From contig CAWIMJ010000016.1 of the NCBI GenBank assembly GCA_963837175.1, positions 32,001-96,000 on the forward strand: a stretch of DNA of 64,000 nucleotides. The letters run 5' to 3'. Below are positions 1-10,120 of this stretch, in pieces; the first letter of the stretch is position 1; each line of letters opens with the position of its first letter. The notes under the pieces are model-generated. The model saw nothing but the letters and a program-made list of their open reading frames with translations, had not been told where the DNA came from and did not search any database. Position numbers and translations under genes: made by a program. The DNA comes from an uncultured Nitrososphaeraceae archaeon. GTDB taxonomy: Archaea > Thermoproteota > Nitrososphaeria > Nitrososphaerales > Nitrososphaeraceae.

Positions 1-1120
1 AGGAGACGATAACACAGGATTTGAAGAAGAAGCGGCAGCAATAGTAGCTATAGCATTGTTTGTCGATACTTCAACAAGGTTTTGATAATTCTTTTCTGCC
101 AAGTCTAATATCCTATCCTTATTGGTTTCAAGGTATTTGATAGCGTTATCGTTGTCATCGTTATCATTGTGTCTACGGTCGTTTACATTAGTAAGTGATA
201 TTGTGTAAATAGAATTAACCATTTTTGGATTAGCTTTTAACGTCTGGAGTAGTGCTATAAAAGATACTGATATTACTTGTTTATTTTCTGATAAAACGGC
301 TTTAACATTTTCTTTGACTATCTGCTTTCTTTGAAAAGCCTTCTTCATTATCATTGTTATTCAGAATATTAGCAATCAACTTTTCTATTCTATCCTTTTT
401 GTCAATAAGCTCATGTAATTCTTGTTTTATTCTCTTGCATTCTTGTTCACAAGAGAATGCAGTTTTATCTAATATTGATATTTTATATTTCAAAGCTTCT
501 ATATCATTTACCAAACGTTGTCTTGTGTGTTGTAGTTTTTCTACCTCTTCTTTTAGCTGGTTATAGAGACTTTCCATATAAGGAAGTTTATCGGCAGCAA
601 TATCTACAGTATTCACCACTTTCTCTACACTCATTCCGCTTTCCGCTATTAGTTCTTTGTATAATTTCAAAAACGGTCCCAATTGGCCATTTGTCTCTTT
701 GTATACGGAAATGAGTATATCCAATTGCTTTAGCTTGCAATATTCTATGAACAATTTGGTTGCCTCTGGCTCTCTCAGGCTGAGTTCAATGGCAACTTCC
801 ACAGGTTTCTTACCTTTAGAAAAGAGTTTGTAGGCTTTGGAAGATATCTCTTCTTCCTGTTGCTGACGTTTATGTTTTTGTAGTCTGGCTTGTTCTTCCT
901 TTACGATAGCGTGTATATCACGTGGTGAGATGTGCTCTATTTGCGCAATTTCAGCGTAAGATTTGTGCTGGTTGAAATATAGATCTATTACCCGTTTTCT
1001 TCTGTCTTCTGTTATCTGCAAATGTATTTCTAATAGTATAGTTAATCGATCCTTAAAAAGGGAACGATTCTGATACCTCTTGCTCTCACATACGATATCA
1101 AAATATTCCCTTATTATCAT
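1..1120 (-). pseudogene. HTH plus coiled-coil protein, frameshifted near 330 and running off the window
   Basis: N-terminal HTH-like segment (KSYAEIAQIEHISPRDIHAIV) and coiled coil; reading continues in another frame as KQIVKENVKAVLSENKQVISVSFIALLQTLKANP... Confidence 0.65.
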
Positions 1121-1385
1121 CTACTTTCTTCTTTATAGTAATGCTTCGTAAAGTACTAAAGATTGAGTGTTCTTGTGATTTTACAATAATAACATCCAAA
1201 ATCGGCTGAGACAGTAAAGCAAGCAACAATGAAAATTATATTAGAAATAGATAGATTCTCTCTATTCAAACCAGAATAGAAAATGGTTCTCTAAAAGTTA
1301 TTAATCGGGAAATTTCTCACATTTCACCATCCTCCACGCATAGGTCGGTCTAAATCCGTGATCACTTCTAATAAGATTATAATAA

Positions 1386-1448
1386 TCACCATGCAATGAG
1401 AAGAAATGTACTTCCGCAGATGAAACATTTGAATTCTTTCTCAACCAT
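1386..1448 (-). pseudogene. Truncated small zinc-finger fragment
   Basis: MVEKEFKCFICGSTFLLIAW*: first half of an F-x-C-x2-C-x3-F finger, His pair missing. Confidence 0.3.
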
Positions 1449-1847
1449 AGATTAGATTCCTACTAATAACAATAAGAAATATTTTACTCATCCATCCATC
1501 CATCTAATACTATTCCCAAATGCCCAATGAAGAAATCGAATTGCTTAACCTTATGGCTGCAGAGACTAGCGCTATAAGGTTGTTTTATGTCTTTAATCTT
1601 CTGGAGAAATTAGTGTGTATGCTCAAAGAAAGACAATGCAAGATATATTGTTTGGATTAATAAGCGATTTTGTATCTGTCATTAACCTACTCGCATTCTT
1701 TAAATTCCAAAAGGATCTCCTTCTTATCTTGTTGCTTTGTGTCTCTAATACTAATCAGTATTGTTGTTGCATATAATAATAATATATACCTGAACTAATT
1801 GTTGCATGACACACATAAATAGTAGCAAATCTGTCTATCTGTTACAT

Positions 1848-2141
1848 TTGTCTCACTATATCTTACTCATAAATTGGACAGAGCAAGGCATTAACAAAAT
1901 TAAAGAATCTTCAGACCGTTTCAGTTCCTTTAAAGCATCGGTCGAAAAAGCAGGTGGAAAATTGATTGGAGGTTACTATACTTTCGGAGAATATGATGTG
2001 GTAATAATTATAGAAGCTCCAAATGATGAAGCAGTACTGTCTCTGATGCTCAAAGTTGGGTCAGCTGGAAATGTGAGAACCAAAACCTTGAAAGCATTTG
2101 TCGCTGAGGAAGGATTGAAGATTATAAAGGATCTTCCATAA
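1848..2141 (+). CDS. GYD domain-containing protein
   Basis: NWTEQG...GGKLIGGYYTFGEYDVVIIIEAP...GNVRTKTLKAF signature; TTG start at 1848 preferred over 1806. Confidence 0.9.
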   Translation: MSHYILLINWTEQGINKIKESSDRFSSFKASVEKAGGKLIGGYYTFGEYDVVIIIEAPNDEAVLSLMLKVGSAGNVRTKTLKAFVAEEGLKIIKDLP

Positions 2142-2232
2142 TCCATTGATTAACAGATAGATAAACGATTATCAGAGCGCATAAAACCATATTACCTAGA
2201 ATTAATAGTAGATTCTCATTCATATTGCCTAT

Positions 2233-2675
2233 GACGAGTACGATGTCTGGGTCTGACTTCATACGATAACCTTCTGTCACCGCTTGTACCTCATTTTGTT
2301 GTCCGACAGGAAAGTATGCCGCTTCATCTAACAATATAAATTTGACATTTGTATAACCTCTCAGGGTCTGTACGGTATGCGAAGGAAAAGCTTGTATTGT
2401 TGTATCTTTTATGTAAATTATAGGGCCTACTTGCTTGCATTCTACCGCAACTTTACCAGCGATAAGTAAATCATGTAACCTATCAATTAAATCCTCAGCT
2501 AAGTTAATTCTATGGCCGGTTACTATATGGAAATGTGATCCGTTATAATCATCATTTTTACTGCAAGATAGGCCATATACATAAGTATTAATTCAGTAAT
2601 ACCCAACCCTCTTGCTTTCTTGACAAATACGCTCTTATCATTATCCAGGGCATTGACTAACTGCATTTCATAATC
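2233..2675 (-). pseudogene. Terminase large subunit-like ATPase domain fragment (one frameshift near 2565, truncated at both ends)
   Basis: Manual translation: DYEMQLVNALDNDKSVFVKKARGLGITELIL (terminase-type Walker A)...HIVTG...QAFPSHTVQTLRGYTNVKFILLDEAAYFP (LRG then Walker B)...SDPDIVLV. Confidence 0.8.
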
Positions 2676-2682
2676 AACTGCC

Positions 2683-4128
2683 TTATTCTACATGATGTTC
2701 ATAAATTAATTGATCATAGAACCTAACAGACTTTATGTTTACAAATTCAAACATCCCATATCTTGATAATTCTCTACCAAATCCACTATTCTTTACTCCT
2801 CCAAATGGGACACGAGGATCTGAAATTACTACATTATTCACAGTAACCATTCCTGATTGAACCATTGACGATAACCTTTCTGCCTTGTCTAAATCTTGGG
2901 TCCATATACTTGCTCCAAGGCCAAATTTAGAATCATTTGCAATTCTAATAGCTTCTTTTTCCTCATCAACTGTAATTATTGGAGCAACAGGACCAAATAC
3001 TTCTTCCTGTGCTATTTCCATATGAAGTAATACATTCTTAAGGACAGTTGGACGGAAGAAGTAACCTTTATTTTTTATTCTTTCCCCTCCTGTAAGAAGT
3101 TCTGCTCCTTCCTTCACAGTTCTCTTTACAATACCTTCCATGTTTTCTAAGCTTTTAGCGTTAACAACAGGTCCAATATCTGTATCATCTGATAGAGGGT
3201 CTCCTACTTTGAGTTTTTCAGTCTTTTGTACGAATTTTTCGGTAAATTCGTTTGCTACCTTCTTTACAACAATAAATCTCTTGGATGCTATACAGCTTTG
3301 TCCACAATTAATAAATCTACCTTTGACAGCACCAGTAGATGTTTTTTCAATATCTGCATCTTCACATACTATAAAAGGATCACTTCCACCTAATTCCAAA
3401 ACTGTCTTCTTTATTTGCGAAGTAGCTCTCTGTGCTACTTTAGCACCTACTGGAACACTTCCAGTAAAGGTTACTGCGCTGATGCCATCTGAATCTATAA
3501 GTGTCTCAGCGGCACTAGAATCTGCAACGAGTGTTTGGAAAACTCCTTGTGGCACTCCAGCTTTATCAAATGTTTTTTCAATTTCTATTCCACATTGCAT
3601 TGTAGCACTTGCAGGTTTCAATACAATAGTATTACCAACCATTAAAGAAGGAGCAGCAAATCTTAGTCCCTGCCAGTAAGGAAAATTCCATGGCATTATA
3701 CTAGCAATTACCCCAAGAGGTTCAAATGTTATGATACTTTTTCTTGCATCTGTATTAACGACTTCACCAGTAGCAAATATCTTTCCATGATCTGCATAAT
3801 ATTCTATTGTCCATGCACATTTCTCAACCTCAGACCTTGATTCTTTTATTGCTTTTCCCATTTCCAATGTAGCGGTTTTGGCTAGGTTTTCTTTGTTTTT
3901 TCTAAGTTCTTTAGCAAATGCATAGAGGAAATCTACACGCTTATCAATATCTTCTTTCCATTCTAAGAATGCATTTTTTGATTTCTTTACCGTATCGTTC
4001 AGTTGCTCTTTGCTAATTATTGTATACTCGTTAAGAACCTCTTCTGTGGCTGGGTTGATTGTCTTTAATTTTTTATCTGTAATTGCTGTTGTAGGTGCTG
4101 ATAATGAGTCTTTTACGTCATCCTTCAT
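2683..4128 (-). CDS. NAD(P)-dependent aldehyde dehydrogenase (succinate-semialdehyde dehydrogenase-like)
   Basis: PWNFP, FTGS, LELGGSDP, NCGQSCIA catalytic Cys, EEVFGP, PFGGVKNSG motifs. Confidence 0.93.
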   Translation of the reverse strand: MKDDVKDSLSAPTTAITDKKLKTINPATEEVLNEYTIISKEQLNDTVKKSKNAFLEWKEDIDKRVDFLYAFAKELRKNKENLAKTATLEMGKAIKESRSEVEKCAWTIEYYADHGKIFATGEVVNTDARKSIITFEPLGVIASIMPWNFPYWQGLRFAAPSLMVGNTIVLKPASATMQCGIEIEKTFDKAGVPQGVFQTLVADSSAAETLIDSDGISAVTFTGSVPVGAKVAQRATSQIKKTVLELGGSDPFIVCEDADIEKTSTGAVKGRFINCGQSCIASKRFIVVKKVANEFTEKFVQKTEKLKVGDPLSDDTDIGPVVNAKSLENMEGIVKRTVKEGAELLTGGERIKNKGYFFRPTVLKNVLLHMEIAQEEVFGPVAPIITVDEEKEAIRIANDSKFGLGASIWTQDLDKAERLSSMVQSGMVTVNNVVISDPRVPFGGVKNSGFGRELSRYGMFEFVNIKSVRFYDQLIYEHHVE

Positions 4129-4541
4129 GGATTTATCACTCCTCTGCCCGTGATTTTCCCATCTTTTAGTTTAGAGAGTGCTTCTCTAGCTTGATCAAGC
4201 TTAAACCTTTCTGAAACAACAGGTTTAATTATTCCTCTCTTTGCCAATGATACAAGCTCTACCCTTTCATTTTTACTAAATCCTTCTACTTGTTCACCGA
4301 AACTATCCACAATACCTGCAATCTCGTTTCCTAGGGTAAGAGGATATTTTACACCTCTGTCTATAGTTTTTAATTGTTGCCCACCTATACCTTCATAATA
4401 ACCTTTCCATACGTGAACATCGCTATGACATACACCGGAAGATTGAATCTTGACTAGAACCTGTGTACCTTTTGATGTAGGCGTTTGAAGTTCTTGTATT
4501 TGTAGAGGTTCATTCAATTTAACGATTCTAGCAGCCTTCAT
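4125..4541 (-). pseudogene. Zn-dependent alcohol dehydrogenase with large in-frame internal deletion
   Basis: GVCHSD and LGNE (normally GHE) N-terminal part fused directly to the C-terminal 45 aa; NAD-binding domain absent; 138 aa. Confidence 0.85.
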
Positions 4542-4698
4542 GCCAAATCTTACTGATGAAATGTACTATTTACGTGATTCTAATTGAGGTCAAGATCAAA
4601 ATGTATATAAGAATTCCAGCCTCCCAGCTAACTATATTCTCATCTTTGAAAATTATTATTATAAGCAGTGATTAGTTTAGTTATTGCTATTATTACTA

Positions 4699-5154
4699 CT
4701 ATTCAAATGTACGATGGTGTGCTGCTTTGACATGTGATCTAAGAAATCTGCCAGCGGTCCTTTGATTTCTTTAACGTTATGTTTGAACAATACCATTTCC
4801 TCCGCTGCCAACTGCAGATACTCCTTTTCCTTCCTTTCTGCAATAGATATTTACCTTCCATCTTTCATCATCAATCTTTGGAAAGTCAGATCTATAGTGA
4901 CCACCTCTACTCTCTTGTCTCATCAATGCACTTCTTATTATGGCCCCACAAGCAATAAGTGATGATTCCACCTGGCAAGTCAATACAATATTTTTCAGAA
5001 TTATTATTATCGAAATTTCGAACTCTTTTATATCAATATTATCTTTATTAGAATAAAACTCATTCTTTAATTCTAAAATTCTTTTCAATCCACTTTGAAG
5101 CCTTGTCTGTTCTCTCACTATTCCTGCGTGATGTAAAAACTCCGTCGATGCCAT
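4699..5154 (-). pseudogene. C-terminal fragment of succinate dehydrogenase/fumarate reductase/L-aspartate oxidase-like flavoprotein
   Basis: AGIVR...ALMRQESRGGHYRSDFP motif; tail continues out of frame as MVLFKHNVKEIKGPLADFL..HVKAAHHRTFE*; FAD domain missing. Confidence 0.8.
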
Positions 5155-5180
5155 AGGCGTAGATAATGTTCACCTGTTGT

Positions 5181-6110
5181 CTAACGTGTGACTGCTGCAG
5201 TGGAAAATACCTCCGGATGCGCAGTTACATACTCTCGAACTCTCATGCTTGGTTTTCCGGTTAACTTCTGCACGTCCGATGTCAACCGATCGTAGCGATT
5301 TTCCGCGATGAGCTTAGCCATAGTGGAAACGTGGTGAAAAACGTATTGAGGTAAATTGAGTGGCAATAATTCTTCCTTCAGCCACTTGTCGTATGGCGTG
5401 TCCACATATTTCACTGGGCGATTTAGTGCGATCGCGTATTCTTTTGCCATCTCATTCATGTCTTCCGATCGAGGACCAGTCAGTTCATAGACCTTCCCTC
5501 GGTGACCGGTGGGATCTTCCAAAATTGTGGTAACGACCCTTGCCACATCGCTAGCGGAAATTGGTGAAGTTCGCGCCGAGCTAAATGGAAATTTAATTGT
5601 CCCATCTTTGGCAATTGATGAGGCCGCCATGCTAGAGAAGAAAGGTTCCAGGAAGATCGTCGACCTCACATGTGCTACAGGCACTCCAGACCAGTTAAGA
5701 ACTTGCTCGCCGAGCCAATGTTGTTGCTGCTGAGGTGATTCGGTCATTTCAGTTAGACTCATCTGCGAAACTGTCATTTGTGAGATGTTTACGAGAATCT
5801 CGAAGTCGGGGATTTCTTTTGCTGCGGCTGCTGCAATAGCCGTAGCCTGAAGATATGGTGACGAGATACTCATGCCAAAATACATCCGCTTGCAACCGCG
5901 CAATGCTCTTACTACATCAGCACTATTTGTGAGGTCGGCGACGACAAGTTCGGCTCCCATTTCGCTCAACACTTGAGATCGTTCGTCGAGGCGGTGTACA
6001 AGCGCTCTGACTTGAAGATCGCGCTCCCGAAGAAGTTTGACGACACCTCGCCCTACGGAACCAACATTTCCGGCGGCTCCAGTAACAAGGATGGGTGTGT
6101 TGTTTGACAT
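5181..6110 (-). CDS. NmrA-like NAD(P)H-binding atypical SDR oxidoreductase
   Basis: ILVTGAAGNVG, VRALV, GKVYELTGP motifs; visibly more GC-rich than flanks. Confidence 0.88.
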   Translation of the reverse strand: MSNNTPILVTGAAGNVGSVGRGVVKLLRERDLQVRALVHRLDERSQVLSEMGAELVVADLTNSADVVRALRGCKRMYFGMSISSPYLQATAIAAAAAKEIPDFEILVNISQMTVSQMSLTEMTESPQQQQHWLGEQVLNWSGVPVAHVRSTIFLEPFFSSMAASSIAKDGTIKFPFSSARTSPISASDVARVVTTILEDPTGHRGKVYELTGPRSEDMNEMAKEYAIALNRPVKYVDTPYDKWLKEELLPLNLPQYVFHHVSTMAKLIAENRYDRLTSDVQKLTGKPSMRVREYVTAHPEVFSTAAVTR

Positions 6111-6169
6111 GGCTATTCCTCTAATGTGATTAGATATAAATATGAAAAGAGGTAGTAAATGCTCAGTAA

Positions 6170-6652
6170 TTCCTTCTTTTGTTCTTCAACTGGAAGAGAT
6201 TGAATGTCTGCCTGTTAGTCCTCTGTATTTTCCTGTTACATTTACTCCTCCTGAACCCTCGGTATCATCTGATAATACTGCCTTTGATACCTCATCGAGC
6301 CTAAGAGTCCGATAAGCAAATTTGAAGATTGTATTTGCACCGTTGGTTTACCAAAAACATTATGGAGATCAATATGTGTCTGACTTCTAATATATGGAAT
6401 ACCAGCAGTGTTAAAGTCGATTATAGAATCTAAATTGTTTGCCATACACCTGTTGTGTAATACCACAAGGTCTGAATCAACCCCATCTAGGTATTTTTGA
6501 GTGTCTTCATGATATTTGGAAACACCAGTGGAATACCATCCAATTCAAAAGTCATATTTCATTAGTTCCTGATTAATACTTACCAAAAGTTCACATTCTG
6601 TATTGTCAGAATTTGAAAAGTCTGATATGTGAAGGACTTTACTGTTTCCTTG
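6170..6652 (-). pseudogene. Family B DNA polymerase 3'-5' exonuclease domain fragment
   Basis: QGNSKVLHISDF...IGWYSTG...DSDLVVLHNRC (ExoII-like)...HIDLHNVF...AYRTLRLDEVSKAVL...GKYRGLTG..DIQSLPVEEQKK; one stop and two frameshifts; family call from motif recognition only. Confidence 0.65.
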
Positions 6653-6653
6653 G

Positions 6654-7325
6654 TTATTCACAAAGGCAGTTGCTGTAAGCTATCCAGTCTTGTAACGCTT
6701 GATAAGCTTCTGGTGAAATGTATGTGCAATATTGCTCTTCCTCTCCTACATAAACTAAAATCTTTGCAGCTATAATCTCGCTATTGTTATATATAGGCTG
6801 TATATGACCCCATTCTAAGATAACCCCATGCCCCAAGTCTTATTCCAGAAGATACCATAGTATATACAATTAGCTTTATTCTTCTGTCTGGATATTCTAC
6901 AATTTTACGTATTTCTTCAAGAGTAGGGGCGCGATCATCTGCCCATTTTCTTCCTTTTGGAAGACCAGGTGTTATTTTCTTCCAAGAGATAAGGATGTCG
7001 TTCATTTCTGTGAAAAGCTTTATGGCTTTAAAGTAGTTGCGTATAGTTGGCCCTGTGATTTCCTTTTTATAGGCTCGTTCCTTCTGAACTTGGATGAAAC
7101 TCATAACACTCTAAATACCCAATCATTATCATCATTTCTTCTCTCAACAAAGATTCGACAGCGCTATTCTGTGGTAGTACCTTCAATTCCAATAAAGGAG
7201 AAAAAAAGATTGAGTCTTGTCGTGTATCTATCTCTTGTTACTGGAGAATTCAGTGCATATAAAAATAATATATAGGGATCTGACGACAACGATGAGGATG
7301 AGGATAACGATGACGCTTCTATCAA
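6654..7325 (-). pseudogene. Tyrosine recombinase/integrase pseudogene (N-terminal SAM-like domain and start of catalytic domain)
   Basis: From TTG 7325: ...DPYILFLYALNSPVTRDRYTTRL...; TIRNYFKAIKLF; DDRAPTLEEIRK; SSGIRLGAW (catalytic Arg box); internal stop and frameshifts; HxxR and Tyr region lost. Confidence 0.85.
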
Positions 7326-7371
7326 TTGTTTTATTTTCACCTTATTATTTGTGGAACCGATTAAAAAGAAG

Positions 7372-7404
7372 TGATATCACAATGGGCTCAAGGGTGTGTG
7401 AATC
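7372..7404 (-). repeat. Degenerate copy of tRNA-Ile2 3' end (att-like scar)
   Basis: tgatatcacaatgggctcaagggtgtgtgaatc vs 20245-20277 tgatatcggattgggcccaagggggtttgaacc; similar distance to the integrase start (57 vs 53 bp). Confidence 0.7.
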
Positions 7405-7420
7405 AAATTTGACTCAAATG

Positions 7421-7585
7421 TTGGGCCCAAATGTGCTATTAACTCTTGGCGGATGATGATTGTCGCATTAGCGTAGTATTTGAGCCAAGACCATTACAAT
7501 GTTTATATCTTAGCCCATAATCTATCTGTGTCCTCTCCATTATTGGTCTTGTGCAGCTATATTATGCAGTACGTCTTAGAGTGTT
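7421..7585. repeat. Non-coding repeat family A, copy 1 (starts with palindrome TTGGGCCCAA)
   Basis: Aligns by eye with 8708-8902: aaatgtgct.ttaa.ctctt, gatgattgt, atttgagccaagacc.att.ca..gttt.tatct.ag, tattatg...tctt..agtg. Confidence 0.8.
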
Positions 7586-7743
7586 CGTAATGATGGTACT
7601 GTTTCTTCTCTTTTTCCCTGCTTGAAGCGACCATCAATGTGCTTAATATATGCCAAAATCAAGGTGTAGTCCTTAATATATTGCGGATAACCTATCATCA
7701 TCTCTTGATAATAATAGATCCAGATACTACGATTTAGCTCCTA

Positions 7744-8526
7744 TTACTTCTTACCACCAAATAACTCTGAGACTTCTCCAGTTACATTACCTAAAACACT
7801 AGCCGTTTTGTTTACAAACGTCTGTGCTGCTTCTCCTGTATTATTAATAATTGATTTACCAGTTTGAGAAACATTAGCTCCAGCAGCCTGTGAAGCATTA
7901 TTTGGTACATTTTCTTCTGTCATATTGGTTGCTTTTTTTGGAGAAGATGATGTTGAAGGTTGTGACGTTGTTGTCATCATTTCTGCTTTTGCCTGTCCTT
8001 TGACAGTTGCTATATCTCCTTGTCCCATTTGAGTGCCTATAAGTTCTATAACTCTATCATCTTTACCGAAGTTAATTTGCAATTCTCTTGCTGTTTTGTT
8101 ATTCGACATTTCTTGAAAGTTAGTAATTTGTTTTGCATTAATATTAACTACAAACATACCATCCTTACCACCTGCAATTTTATAGTCTGTTAGATTTCTT
8201 GGTAAGATAATCATTAATTTTCCATCTTTCGTTGGAGCAATAGTCACAATGAGCTTTGCTGACTCTTTCTGTGCAACAGTACTCACAAGTTTAGCAGCAT
8301 CATCATTTGTAATATTGTATTTTATTGGATACATAATACCATTTATGGTGACGTTAGCAGTTTGAAATGTTGTATCATTAAGGTCTTGCTGTTGTTCTTG
8401 ACGTGTGGGTGGTGAACCTTGACTATAGGCTAACTGAAAAGTGGAGAAAGATAACGATGATATCGCCGCTATAATAGATAAAATCAAGAGAATAGGTATC
8501 ATACCAATTACCATTGTTGTGGCCAC
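7744..8526 (-). CDS. Secreted/surface protein with a domain like those of thaumarchaeal PEFG-CTERM proteins and a low-complexity tail
   Basis: Signal-like N-terminus; YPIKYNIT...DGKLMIILPRNL...RELQINF...IELIGT; many NxS/T sequons; no PEFG motif. Confidence 0.7.
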   Translation of the reverse strand: MATTMVIGMIPILLILSIIAAISSLSFSTFQLAYSQGSPPTRQEQQQDLNDTTFQTANVTINGIMYPIKYNITNDDAAKLVSTVAQKESAKLIVTIAPTKDGKLMIILPRNLTDYKIAGGKDGMFVVNINAKQITNFQEMSNNKTARELQINFGKDDRVIELIGTQMGQGDIATVKGQAKAEMMTTTSQPSTSSSPKKATNMTEENVPNNASQAAGANVSQTGKSIINNTGEAAQTFVNKTASVLGNVTGEVSELFGGKK

Positions 8527-8707
8527 ACTTGTTGTTTTAGTAGTATTTATTGAATAGGTACTGTCTTTTCTTATTATGATTGACGATTCTTATTCCTTTT
8601 GCTAGCACATATAACCTACTTTTCTAAAGTATTTCAGGCTTACAGTTTTCATTACCATTTATTAATTAATTATTACTTTTGAGAATATCAGCAATTTAAG
8701 CCGATAA

Positions 8708-8902
8708 TTAGACCCAAAATGTGCTGTTAACACTCTTTATGTGTCCGATGATTGTGGAAGTAACGTAAGCATTTGAGCCAAGACCCATTGCAGCGTTTCT
8801 ATCTCAGTCCACAGACTTTCTAGATATACTTTATTAGGAGACGGATGCATCTCTCCCTCTTCTTCTTTTGTATTATTCTATTATGTATTATCTCTTGTAG
8901 TG
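8708..8902. repeat. Non-coding repeat family A, copy 2
   Basis: Starts ttagacccaa (degenerate core); shares GATGATTGT and ATTTGAGCCAAGACC with copy 1. Confidence 0.8.
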
Positions 8903-8942
8903 ACCTTAACGGGACTAGTGTTGATGATTGTATTGACGATGA

Positions 8943-9040
8943 TAGTGGTGATGATTCATTCATACAGAGTTCGATAATCTGCAGTCACTTACGATGTAAA
9001 ATAAGGTTTGAAGCACTAAAGAGACAGCGAGGGAGAGAAA
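8943..9040. repeat. Non-coding repeat family B, copy 1
   Basis: gtgatga..ttcattcat.cagagttcgataat.tgc.gt.actta....aaaataag.tttgaagca...agacag.gagggagaga shared with 10532-10640. Confidence 0.85.
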
Positions 9041-9096
9041 GAGGAGAAAAAAAAGTTAGAGTAAATACAGATATTCTAACTCAGCTCAAAGATGAG

Positions 9097-9963
9097 CTAC
9101 AAGTTAGTCTTCTTCTTATTTACGAGCAGCTTTTGCTTTTCTTTTGGAAAGAGTAGGTGACTTATTCCCTTCTCTTCTGGCTGACCGTAAAGATCTGGAT
9201 GTAGGTAATAACCTCTTTCCTTAGCAGGCTTATCTTCCTCAACCTCAATCCTGTTAGAATTAGCCCAAGGATCCTTTCGTATACCTGTTACCTGCCATGA
9301 GACTTTCATACCTGATGCGCCTCCTGCAATCTTGAAGCGACTGTTGTTGTTGTTGTTCTTGTTTTTGCTGCTGCTTTTACTACTACTGTACTTTGTATTA
9401 GTATTAGTATCCATATCAGATATTTCCTCTGCAATATAGAGATTCGGCCCAGGAGCTCCTATAGCGGTAAGCTGATAGCGAAAATCCTTATTGAGTATAC
9501 CAAACCAATCTGGAAGATCTATCTCTGCTTTACCCTTGTTGTCTAACGCAACCACACCATCATAGACGTTCTTCATATCTGGTGACTCTACAAAGGAGTG
9601 GCAGAGGTATTTGTTAGCTGGATCAAGTGGGTGGTCTACCTTAAATGAACCTCCAGCTTTTTCAAGATTACCGGTTATTTTCACTTTCCCGTTTAGGACG
9701 GCAGCATAGTCAAAACTGCTATTGCAATACAAACCAGCGCTGTTGCCGCTCATGCCAACCACACCAAAGCCGTCGCGGCTGCCGCCAAGCACACCACCGC
9801 CCTTCTGGCTAATGCCATTCACACCAGCGCCTTCACTGCTCTTGCCATACACACCATCACCAAAGCTATCACTTTCGCCATACACACCATTGCCAGCGCC
9901 TTTACTGCTCGTGCCAGACACACCGTAACCTACGCCATCGTCAACTCCATCTACGTGTGACAT
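9097..9963 (-). CDS. Gly-rich GVxG-repeat protein with C-terminal FKVDHPLDP-NKYL-HSFVESP domain (fibre/adhesin-like)
   Basis: About seven 11-13 aa GV(Y/N/L/V)GxS repeats followed by a domain typical of C-termini of bacterial and phage fibre-like proteins; no signal peptide. Confidence 0.7.
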   Translation of the reverse strand: MSHVDGVDDGVGYGVSGTSSKGAGNGVYGESDSFGDGVYGKSSEGAGVNGISQKGGGVLGGSRDGFGVVGMSGNSAGLYCNSSFDYAAVLNGKVKITGNLEKAGGSFKVDHPLDPANKYLCHSFVESPDMKNVYDGVVALDNKGKAEIDLPDWFGILNKDFRYQLTAIGAPGPNLYIAEEISDMDTNTNTKYSSSKSSSKNKNNNNNSRFKIAGGASGMKVSWQVTGIRKDPWANSNRIEVEEDKPAKERGYYLHPDLYGQPEEKGISHLLFPKEKQKLLVNKKKTNL

Positions 9964-10041
9964 ATCAGTAGTCCTCCTCTCCCAATAATAAACAGGGTTC
10001 TATGAGCCATGCACATGATTGATGTATAAGATCATTTGTAC

Positions 10042-10066
10042 TTTTCATAGGCCCTAGCTATGAAAA
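10042..10066. promoter_or_regulatory. 9-bp inverted repeat upstream of the fibre-like gene (possible operator)
   Basis: TTTTCATAG-gccctag-CTATGAAAA, about 80 bp upstream of the start at 9963. Confidence 0.4.
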
Positions 10067-10120
10067 TGGACTATATAATATCATAATTTAACTGAAAATG
10101 ACTACCTGCTCAGCAATGAG

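Noticed and set aside
8845-9156. 103-aa ORF resembling a lipoprotein
   Set aside because: Spans non-coding repeats A2/B1 and overlaps the fibre gene; the other repeat copy has no matching open frame
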